This document shows positions 34,164 to 44,895 of a DNA stretch of 64,000 bases, one piece after another. The first letter of the stretch is position 1; each line of letters starts with the position of its first letter. Below the pieces are notes generated by a model. It saw only the letters and a list, made by a program, of their open reading frames with translations, had not been told where the DNA came from and did not search any database. The translations under genes were made by a program, and so were the position numbers. The stretch is from the NCBI RefSeq assembly GCF_036321535.1, contig NC_087449.1, forward strand, positions 37,696,001 to 37,760,000, given 5' to 3'. Origin of the DNA: Camelus dromedarius. Its lineage: Eukaryota.

Positions 34164-37100
34164 CTAGATGGGGGAAAGAAAAGGATATCATCAACCAACA
34201 GCTTTAATGTCAGGAATTACAAGGTCCTTCATGACCTGGAACAGTACGGACTCTCTCTCATTACTCCCCTTCTCACACCCCCAACACTCCCCTTGAGCCC
34301 TAGTGAACTCACTTCTAACTGGAACTCTTGCCTACTTTATCATCTTTTACTTTTACTTTAAAACACAAGTTTACATGTTATTTCCTGCAAGATTGCTCTA
34401 AACAAACCTCCTGTCCCTCCTGTCTTCCCCACAGCAATTGTACCTCCCATATCACAGCACTTAACTAATTCAACAAATATGTATAGAATATCTACTATAT
34501 GCCAGATACTGTTCGAGGTGCTAAGTGAGTCACAATGGTAAAGAAGACAATACTTCTGTCTCCCATGGAACTTAGAGAATAATGAGAGAAATATAGACAT
34601 AAGGTAACTTCTGATAGTGATAAATGTATGAGGAAAATAATAATGGGGGTGGGAAGGAGAGAATAACAGCTTTAAATAGGAGGGTCATTAAAGGGAATCC
34701 TGAGGTTACACCCAAGAGTTTCACCAGTTTACTAACTGTTCTACTTCTGTCTCCTATGCTGGCATACAACTCAGTGAACAAAGGGACCATGCCTACCTCA
34801 TACAGTTCTTAACTCAGTGCTTGGCTCATAAAATATTTAAGTAACATTTACCATTTTGACCATTTTAAACTATACATTTCTGTGACATTAAGTAATTTAT
34901 ATTGTCCTGCAGCCATCAACCTCTATTAGAGCGTTTTCATTTTTCCAAACCAAAACTCCGTACCCATTAAATTCCCTATTTTCCCCTCCCTCCAACCCTG
35001 GCAACCATCATTCTTTGTCTTGATGAATTTGACTACTCTAGGTACTTCATATAAATGGAGTATTTGTCCTTTTGTGATTGGCTTATTTCACTAAGCACAT
35101 CTTCAAGGTTTATCCAGGTTGTAACGTGTCAGTTTCCTTCCATTTTAAGGCTAAATATATTCCATTGTATGTATATACCATATTTTAATTATCCATCCCT
35201 CCACCAATGAACACTTGGGTTGCACCAACCTTTCGGCTATTGTGAATGTTGCTATGAATTTGAACATGCACACACAAATATGTTCAAGCCCCTGAACAGT
35301 CTGTTATTTTGGGTATATACCCAGAAGTGGAACTGCTAGATCATATGGTACTACATTTAATTTTTTGAGTTAAGTACATATTTCTTTTTATTGCCAAATA
35401 ATATTCCATTATCTGGATAAATCACATTTTATTTATCCTTTTATCAGTTTTTGGACATTGTATGTTGTTTCCAATTTTGGTTATTATGATTAATGCTTCT
35501 ATGGATATTTGTGCACAAGTAGAGATATTTTCACTTCTCCTGGGTACAGAACTAGGAGTAGAATTGCTGGGTCATATGTTAACTCAAAGTTTAACATTTG
35601 AAGAACTGCCAGACTGTTTTCCATAGGGCTGTACCAATTCACACTCCTATCATTAGTGTATGAGACTTCCAGTTTCTCCACATCACTAACACTTGTTATT
35701 TTTTCTTATGATATGGAGAATTTTATATACATATTTTATATATAAACTTTCCCTCTTTCCACTCAAATCACATTGAAAAAAAGAAGTATGAATAATTGTA
35801 TATATACCAGAGGATGGATAAATGAATATACATCAATGGAAAGAAATACAATGCCTCTTAATAATATTTTATATATATGTTTATTATTTAATTTTTGTTT
35901 AAAAATCTGATAATATATACAAAAAAGTGGTTATCTCTAGGCAATATGATTTCAGTTGGATTTTTGTTTTCACAAAAAATCCTCAATTGACACAATGTTT
36001 AAATAGGAGCATATGTATGAATATGTGTGTGTGCATTTGCTTGCACCGTATATTACAGAATAAAACAAAACACCTAAATTGGGATTGTTGAAGCATAAAT
36101 AATGAAAGTTGACTGAGTAGAAATCATTAACTATTTGGAGGGAAGGGGCGAGAAAAGGTTTTAGTTTTTGACCCCTTCACCCATTTCTCCCTATCTTTTT
36201 GATTAGAAATGTTGTGGTATGAAATGGTATCTCACTGTGGTTTTGATTTGCATGTCTCTGATAGCTAATGGTGTTAAGCATTTTTTCATATGCTTATTAG
36301 CCACCCAATCAGTTTTTACATAAGCAAATATCAAACTTTGCCTACCTTATAATTTACTAAAATATCTCTTATATGTAAGAGTCAAACACAAGTTTACTTA
36401 AAAAAAAATCTTTTGTACCAACTACTATGTACAAGACACACTGGAGGATATAAATTATTTTAAAGAGTAGCCTTTTGTACTTAAAAATAATTCCATTTCC
36501 CCTCAGTATAGCAGTGCAAATTGGGACATCACTTCTCTCTCTGAGCTTCAGTTTCTTATCTGTAAGATGGGGATAATACCTATCTCAGTGAAAGCGGAAG
36601 AATTAGGTAAGATTATGTATGTAAAGTGCTCAGCACTGTTGCCCCTAGAATGGAAAGGGGTCAACACCAATTCTTCCCTGGCCACCATAAGCTTCAGGCT
36701 GACTTACACAGTGGTCCCTTGCATGCAAGAAGTCAAAGAGCTCCTCTGTGCAATCCTCCTCTGTCTGTGACCTGGAGGATACACGCTCATCACAGAGCTC
36801 TAGCCGCTCCCGAGCCTTTACACATTTCTCCAGCTGCTCGCATTGCTCTCTCACTGTTGTCAGGGGATCCTGAAGGAGAAACACAAAAAACCCCAAAATG
36901 GGGGTTTTAGGAAGAGACCCACAAACCATATGCNNNNNNNNNNNNNNNNNNNNNNNNNNNNNNNNNNNNNNNNNNNNNNNNNNNNNNNNNNNNNNNNNNN
37001 NNNNNNNNNNNNNNNNNNNNNNNNNNNNNNNNNNNNNNNNNNNNNNNNNNNNNNNNNNNNNNNNNNNNNNNNNTCGCATTCCTGCCTTCCAAGGTTGCCA

Positions 37101-40100
37101 GTATGCACTGAAAGCCTCAGTCCTATCTGAAAAACAAGGTGGTAAAGGAAACCTAGCCAAACTTGAAGTAGATCTCTAAGAGGCCTTACTTGTTAACACA
37201 GCATTTTGGTGGGATATGTAATGTCTGTGAATTTCAATTTCCCTCATCTGACAACCAGGCCTATGCACCCCAGCTGTCCAGCTAGAAAGGCAATGTTAAC
37301 ATGGAGAAGGATCATCTAAGAAAAGTTCCTTCTAGAATTCTTTACTAAACCACAAATAGCATATGATTGCATACCAGGCCCTCAGGATGCTACTGGACTT
37401 CCTGATACCCTGACTGGAGAAGCCCCAAGTCCAGAAAAGACTCAGCTTCCCAGGCCCACACCCCCCAAACACTGAACAGGAAGTATTAAAGGCTTTTTCC
37501 ACTCACATTCTCTGTAAGTTATCAAGAATCCTTAAAATGCCCTAAGAATTTCATGAAACTCAAACTTTCTTTTACCGAGATGGTTCCAAACCTGAGACAG
37601 CTCTTACCACTAATTCCTCCTCTTCTTCTTCCTCCTATAAAGGAAAACAAAATTAATGTCAGCAGCAATTTTACGATACATATATTCCCAATGATACTGA
37701 AGTTGTAATCACTGAGGACAGACATTGTATTAATTACGTTTTAAATTTTTTTATTTTATGTTTTAGAAGCCTTGCTAATCCTGGAGACAACCCCTCTCAG
37801 GGCTGGCTAATTTCTAGAGCTGGTAAACAACTTGCCTAAGGACACATCTTTCATATGCAAACCAACCAATCCAAAACCCTTCTCACCAACCACCTTTCTC
37901 TAACTCTCCTACACTAAACCAATTATTGCCTCTGCCCTAATCATATCAGGGCTAATTACCAAACAGGGACCACCAGATAGTCCAGAGCCCACCAAAAGCA
38001 TTCTATCTTAAACCTGCTAGAGCGTGCCTATCCTGCTTCATCCACTCCTTCTTCCTTCTGCTCCTGATTGGTCCAGGCACTTCTCCATGTGGCCCTGGGT
38101 GGTACTGCCTGCGCAGTTCTCTTGGGAACTATAAGTAATAAACTCTTCTTTCAAAAACAGTTGTCTCCATGTTTGTAATCTTTCTTACCTACCTGAGTAA
38201 AACAACGCCTGGGTATATTTCAACAAAGGCACACAATCTCATGTTCTTTAGCAACAAACTTAAGTGTACACAACACTCTGAAGTTTACAAAGCACTTCAA
38301 TATCTGTAATGATTTGATTAAATCATAATAGCCCCTCAAGGGGGCTCCCAGTTTAGAAACAAACATTAAACATTTTCTGATACAGATTCAAGCTATCAGA
38401 AGTTCATATGGAACATGCATAATTTAAATTATTTTATTCTAAATTCTGGTAGGTCTCAGTATTACCAGAAATAGCTAAATTTAATCCTTACATTCCAAAC
38501 CAAGTTAGGAAAAAAGCTAACATTGTTTTTCTAGACTCTGAACTTGAATTGAGAATATAACAATGGCCAAACCTGAACTCTACCCAGAGCGTAACTAAAG
38601 ATAGTTTAGGTCACTGCTTTTTGGCTTGCTGAACTCCTAGGACTCTAAGTAGCCTATCAATATAAGTACACCAAAGGTCCACAACTCCATTCACAAGCTT
38701 GAAAGGATGAGGCACTGCCTATTTACTTCTGATTCCAGTGCACAACCACAAGCTTGGTTTCCTTTCTTCCGAGGGGAGCAGTGTTAAAAAAAATTCTCCT
38801 TGGGAGCATAAGCATAGGCCTAAAGCTGGGGCACAGCAGAATCTGATCAGTAGCTCAATCTGTCAAAAGCAAAGCATTTGCCTGCCTGTGCATACACGTG
38901 TCCATATTTGGGGGAAGGGAAAGAAAAGGTATATACACAGAAAAAAAAAAATAGCTCAGCAACCCCTCGTGTTTTCAAAATTTCAACACCATCTGCCTCA
39001 TTCTCTAAAATCTTCTAAGAAGGGACCAAAGCTCACGAAAGCTGGGAGTGAGGGGTAAAGGCAGGTTTACGTTTAACCCAGGCTATTTATTTTTACAATT
39101 AGAAAAGGTATCTTCTAAACATGAAGATGTTGTTTAGGATGTTTCTAGTTTTTCATTCAACAAAGTTTCTTAACCTTGCTCTTTAAGGAAATTGATACTG
39201 AAAAAAATTCTCCAAAAAACTGAAATCACATTCTACCTGAGTTAGAAACAGAAATTAGTATCCTAGAAGCAAGACCTTTATATTATTTCCCTACTAGCAA
39301 TGCTATTACACTGATCACTTTACATCTCTGATGATTTTGTGTGGAAAATATCATGGCATGTTTTGGAAAAACAAATCCAAATACAAGTCTGAATATAAAA
39401 CTTCCAGTCAATGAGAAAAACCAAGGTCACACTAAAAAAGATTCCATCTCCAAGAGGTGTAAGTTCTTCATGACAAACCTTAGTTTTTCTTAATTTTAAA
39501 ACTGACTACTTATTTACTTTCTTTTTTCTCCTCTGCTGTGGTGAGCCCTACTGAACTTTCTGGTCTATTTCCAGCAGAACTTCCTGAGACTGGCTCCATT
39601 ACTTCCTGATCCTCTTTCTGAAAATAAGACTAGGAAAAATTATGGGATAAACTAGCTTCCAATTATTGTGAACCCATAAGCCCAGAATAACTGCAAGGAA
39701 GTGACCAGAGAATAAAGAATAGATAGGAAACGTGATTGGCAACAAAAAGCTAGCTGACTTCTGTAAAACTGTGTAACGCTGTGGCTAAGTCTTGGCTCTA
39801 GAACCATGCTGCCTGGGTTCAATTCCCCGCTCCATGATTTATTAGTTGTGTGTCCTTAGACAAGATATTTAACCTCTCTGTGCCTGTTTCCTCATCTGTA
39901 AAAGTGGCAATACTAAGAGTACCTAATACTTAACTTACAGACTATTGTGTGGCTTAAATGAATTAGCATGTATAAAGCACTTGTAATAGTGAGCAGCCAA
40001 CAAATGATTATTATTACATCGCCATTCTCAGTGTGGGAAAGAGCTCCCTCTTTCATCACAGAATTATACTGCACAGTCTCGCATTGTCCCCAGAGACACC

Positions 40101-40595
40101 TCCCCTACTCCCATCCACAGAAAAAGACCACTTTTTCACAGAAACTAGCATAAGGCCAGATGTCCGGAACTCCACAGCGATATGGCAGGGACTCTTGACC
40201 CAAGCTGAGGCAGCTTGCTCCCCAAACCCGTCAAATCAGAGGCTCTGATTGACTAAAAATATAGGCACTGTTTTTACAAAAGTTCAGTCCACACAGCATT
40301 TTCGCTCTCGCTAAACCTCCACTGCATTCAAAGAATGGGAGGCCGAGGCCCAGAGAAAGCCTAGCCATCTACTTGCCCAAGGTCACTAGACGAACTCTAG
40401 GGAAGGGTCAGGGGAACCAGCTCTCCAGACCCAACAGACTCTAGTGGGGAACCAGTACCCACAGGGCCCTGGCGTGTTTTGGCGGGCTGGGTCCTGAGCC
40501 TCAGGACAGTGAAGAGTGTCGAGCTGCTCGCCTGGCCTTACCTCCTTGGGATCTCCGGACCCGGTCAACATCCTTCGCTCGTCCTCCAGCCCCAT
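34131..40595 (-). CDS. UQCRH: UQCRH, cytochrome b-c1 complex subunit 6 (hinge protein); 4 exons (40542-40595, 37608-37634, 36708-36869, 34131-34163), 276 nt = 91 aa + stop
   Basis: [18 protein letters not shown]|EEEEEEELV|[54 protein letters not shown]|[10 protein letters not shown]; all introns GT-AG, phase 0. Confidence 0.98.
34840..35700 (-). mobile_element. L1MA/MB-type 3' fragments in UQCRH intron 3
   Basis: tggcttatttcactaagca...tatacccagaagtggaactgctagatcatatggta. Confidence 0.7.
36708..36869 (-). CDS. UQCRH: UQCRH exon 3
   Basis: ttcag|GAT CCC CTG...CAC TGT|gtaag. Confidence 0.97.
36934..37073. other. Assembly gap (140 N), UQCRH intron 2
   Basis: N run. Confidence 0.99.
37608..37634 (-). 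CDS. UQCRH: UQCRH exon 2 (27-nt micro-exon, poly-Glu)
   Basis: tatag|GAG GAA GAA GAA GAG GAG GAA TTA GTG|gtaag. Confidence 0.95.
37759..38225 (+). mobile_element. ERV LTR fragment (MER21/MER77-like) in UQCRH intron 1
   Basis: catatgcaaaccaaccaatcc (CCAAT), taagtaataaactc poly(A) signal, ends ttcaaCA. Confidence 0.5.
39770..40010 (+). mobile_element. MIR SINE
   Basis: gcctgggttcaattccccgctc...cttagacaagatatttaacctctctgtgcctgtttcctcatctgtaaaa; further MIR pieces near 11860, 18960, 21030, 45250 and 51830. Confidence 0.7.
40542..40595 (-). CDS. UQCRH: UQCRH exon 1 coding part
   Basis: ATG at 40595; ends AAG GAG|gtaag. Confidence 0.96.
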
Positions 40596-40599
40596 GCGC

Positions 40600-41005
40600 G
40601 GCTGCGGTTCTGGTCTCAACACAAGCACCAACAGTGGCACCTATACTACTTCAGGATCAAAAAGGACTTGTAAGGGTCACTCAGCGGATATCCGGCGATC
40701 TGGCCGGAAGTGCGGCAGACTCGTCGTAGTCGCGAACACACACTCGGATTGGCATGTACCACCGCCGAGAGGCAGGGGATAGGGGGTAACTGGTATTTTC
40801 ACCTGGGGAAGACTTGCTAAGGACTATCCCTTTTGTCACGAAAGACCCTAATATATTGATCTAGGAGTTTATTTGAAATATTGGCTTCTAAGCAACTTGG
40901 GAAGCATACATAAATATTCGATATTCCTTTAGTACGGTTCCCATTCTTCCCCACATCGCTGATAGAACCGTCCTAACTGCTGACCTTTTCAAGATGGCGT
41001 CCCGC
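40600..41005. promoter_or_regulatory. UQCRH/LRRC41 bidirectional promoter
   Basis: Head-to-head genes; GABPA/ETS ccggaagtg 40704-40712, TCGCGA 40730-40735, YY1-type aagatggcg 40991-40999. Confidence 0.8.
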
Positions 41006-41350
41006 NNNNNNNNNNNNNNNNNNNNNNNNNNNNNNNNNNNNNNNNNNNNNNNNNNNNNNNNNNNNNNNNNNNNNNNNNNNNNNNNNNNNNNNNNNNNNNN
41101 NNNNNNNNNNNNNNNNNNNNNNNNNNNNNNNNNNNNNNNNNNNNNNNNNNNNNNNNNNNNNNNNNNNNNNNNNNNNNNNNNNNNNNNNNNNNNNNNNNNN
41201 NNNNNNNNNNNNNNNNNNNNNNNNNNNNNNNNNNNNNNNNNNNNNNNNNNNNNNNNNNNNNNNNNNNNNNNNNNNNNNNNNNNNNNNNNNNNNNNNNNNN
41301 NNNNNNNNNNNNNNNNNNNNNNNNNNNNNNNNNNNNNNNNNNNNNNNNNN
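41006..41350. other. Assembly gap (345 N), likely hiding LRRC41 exon 1
   Basis: N run inside the CpG island; no exon-1 sequence visible elsewhere. Confidence 0.9.
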
Positions 41351-44300
41351 NAAGCCTGACAGAGGAGTCAGAGCATGAATTCCGTGAGTGACAGGACTGA
41401 GTACGGTAAAGACGGAGACCAAACCCGCAGGTGGACCCGCACCGCGGCCCGGCTTGGGGGCGCGGGGGGCGAGGCCAAGAGGCCCGGTCTGGGGTGAAGC
41501 AGGCAGGGCCCGGCCGACAGAGGCAGGACTGACGGGCCGGCCGTGGGCACCGAAGTGACAGTCGGGCTGGACCGGGCTGGGGAGTTATGGATGTCGAATG
41601 GACGGCCAGGGATGGCTCTGCTGCTTGGGGGCGGGGGCCGAGGTTGGGAGGCCCGGCCTGAGGCCAGGAGGCCAGGCCTGGGGCCACCTAACCTGATGGA
41701 CGGCGCGGGGCCTCCGGTGTCTTCCTGACAGAGCGTGGGGACCGAGACTCCGGGGGGCGAGAGTAGCCGGTGGACTGGAGAGCGAGGGGATGGGGCTCCG
41801 AGAGAGGCCGAAAAGCTCGGGGCTCCGAGGCCTGTCTGACGGCCCGGGGCTGAAGGGAGCGAACTGACGGCCGGGGCCTCGGGTACCAAACTGATTGAGC
41901 GAGGGACTGACGGGCAGGGCACTGAGCGCCGGAGGCCGCTCGGATTGGCCGGAGCTGCGAGAAAGGGCCCGAGAGCGGGTAAAGGGAGGCCTGGAGCGAG
42001 TCAACAATCGACGGAGGCTCGAATGACCTACAGGCGGGAAGGGCCACGGAGGCCTCAGGCGGGGCGACTGCCCGGGGATCCCGAATTGGGAGGGGGCGCG
42101 GCGCCGCTTGGAGGCCTGGGCCCAAGTGGAGTGAAAGGAGGCCTCGGGCCTGAGAGCGGTGCGGACCGCCAGGCCCGGAGTCGGTTGAGGGAGCCCAGGC
42201 CGAACACCAGAGGCGGGCGGCCCGGAGCGCTGAGATGAGGGCCGGGGAGGGCAAGCCGACTAGCCCGGCCGGGGTCTGGGAGTACGGCGGCGGAGCGGGC
42301 CGAGTAACGGGGAGGGAGGCCTGCAGCGGACGGGTACGAGGAGGCCGGGCCATGGGGTGGTACCGCCGGTGGCAGCCGGGCAGCTGAGGTGGATTTCTGT
42401 TCGGCGACGTGGGCATCAATAGTGAGAATGAAAGAGGGGGAAATGAGGGCTGGGATGGGGGTCGGGGGTAGGCCTGCTCGCACAGGGGCCAAGGCAGGCC
42501 TTGGGCCTGACAGACTGCTGGTGTGAGGGGGTGGGGCCCGGAGGCCTGGGCTGAAGTTGGGTGAGGAGATCGCAGGCCCGGCCAGGGCCCGTGGGAAGGG
42601 GGAGGGGTGTAGGAGCGGAGGCCCGGGAGCCTGGGGGTTGGGGGCCTAGAGAAGGCCTCAAGAGTGGTGATGGTGTCTTTGCCAAGAGAAAGGCCCGGGT
42701 AAGGTCAGGAGTGAGGGCTGGAGGTCCTGGCATGGGGGTTTTGGGTTACAGCGTGAGGAGGCCGATGTGGAGAAAAGGCCTTGGAGTTTGAGGGGTTGGG
42801 CCTCCAGGAATAAGCCCCACGGCTGTGGAGTGGTTAAAAAGGTCCAGGGATATAGGAAGGCCCTTGATGAGGTGAGGATGGGGCACCGATCCTGTAAAGG
42901 CCCAAGTGTCTTGTGTGGTGAGGGAAGTCCTCAGGCCTGGTGGGGGCAGGGGATTGTGGAAGCCCTGTATCAACAGCTGAGAAGAGCAGGATCAGGCTGA
43001 CGCATGGGGAATGGGAGAAGAGTCTCAGTGGATCTGGTTTTGTCAGCCTGGAGCTTCTGGGATGCTAAACCTGGCTAGGAGGGAAGAGGACTAGGGTGGA
43101 GGCCCCAAGTTAGGAAGGGGAGGCATTAAAGGTGTGGGCTAGAAAGAAGCAAGGAGGAGCCTGGCTTAAGAAGAATGGAGAAAGGAAGAGAGGAGTTTGT
43201 GGATAATAAGGGATGAGAACCCCTGTGGCTGTGAGAGGGGATAGCTAACAAAGGGGAGCATATTGGAGGGAAAGAGGAGGAAGAGCTCCTATGGGCCTAG
43301 CCCAGGTAGACAGTCACACAGAAAAAGCTGAATCAAGTTAGGCCTCTTAGAAGGGCCCAATAAGAGGCCTCTAAGCAGTGCTATTTTGGAGGAAGGTCTC
43401 AGTGTGGGCTAACAGCCAGGAAAGGCTTCCTGGAGGTAGTGGACTAGCATTGCTTTGTGTAAAGAGAAAGGAGGGGAGAGTGAGTAGAGACAGCAGGAAA
43501 GGATACAATGAGGAAACTTAAGTAGAATAGGTATGTTGTACCGTGAATGCCAGGATATGGAGCTTGGAGTTTATCTTGAGTGCAGCAGAGAGACTACATT
43601 AGTATAATAGCATAGGGAATTAATGCTTTTTTTTCAGGAGATACATTGAATACTTACTATGGACAAAGAATTGTACTGGGTTCTTGGATATCAAGATTCA
43701 GTTATTCCACAAGTAAAGATAAAAGGAGATCCTGGAATGTAAAATTTGAAATTTTGAAAGAGTTTCCTTAGATGTGATATACTCCAAAATCTTCAGACTT
43801 GTTCTTGGCAGGACAGAGATGATATTGACAGGATAAGAAGGATAAGAATAGTAATAGCTAACATTCAGTGAAATTATGGCGAGGCATGGTTTTAAAAAGA
43901 TTATAAGCATGATCTCCTTTCATTTTCACAGCAATATTATGAGGTAGTTATTATTATCTCCATTTTTAAACTAAGGAAGTTGAGGCTCAAAGATATTAAC
44001 TTGCCCATGAATTCACAATTAACTAAGTAGTACAATCAATATTTCACCTAGTTTTGTCCAGCTCTAGAGACTAAACCACTTAGCCACAATATGGTAATGC
44101 CTCTCATATCTAGGGAAGTCAGCAACAACAGATTTTGTTTTTAAGATATATTCAATTTAGAGTATAGAGCCTAATTATTTCTATTCTTCATAGGAAAGTA
44201 CTAGTTTAGGATATGGTGGGGGCCGAAAGGATGGAAGTGGCCAATCTGGAAGAGTGGAAAGGGGATTCGGGAAAGGCTTAATAAAGGACACATGATAAGT

Positions 44301-44808
44301 GAAAGATGAATAGCTGATACGCTGAAAGTGACAAGGACAGCCCTGGTGGAGAGAACAAAGGCACAGAGGCAGAAAGCAGGGGTTATATGTCAGGTAAATG
44401 AAACAAGTAGTTTAGTATGGCTGAAGTGTAAAAGGCAAAGTAGGGAGCTGAAGAAGTTAGTATGGTCCAGATTATGAAGGACTTTATCATGCGTATTTTG
44501 TAGGACCTTTTAAATGCGGAGTGGTTCATTATATGTGGGCAGAAGTGAACTACCAACTCCTACATAAGCCTATCAGCTTGCTTTGTGGGATTATCTCACC
44601 CTTGAAGATATATGTGTGCCCCTGAAATTCCAGCTGCCAACAAAGTGGATGAAGATAAGTGGACCAGAGTTTGAATTAGACTTAGGTTAGCTTCTCCAGG
44701 TTCCATTTGTCAAATGAGAAGTCTGCCCTTCTGTTTTCCTTTCCAATAGGATAAATAATGCTTGCAACCCTGGGAGAAAAAAAGTAAATTTTGTGTTTGG
44801 TTTTGTAG

Positions 44809-44895
44809 CCCTCCCAGGCCCAATACTTCAAAGCATCTTACCTCTGCTCAATATATATTACTTGGAGAGGATTGAGGAAACTGCCCTCAAGAAAG
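44809..44895 (+). CDS. LRRC41: LRRC41 exon 2
   Basis: tgtag|CC CTC CCA...AAA G|gtgag; [28 protein letters not shown]. Confidence 0.95.

Noticed and set aside
36645-37179. 171-aa and other ORFs spanning the N run
   Set aside because: Artefacts of translating Ns; only 36708-36869 is UQCRH exon 3
40596-40640. 15-aa in-frame N-terminal extension of UQCRH in the ORF track
   Set aside because: Starts at a GTG near the likely TSS; the ATG at 40595 matches the known protein
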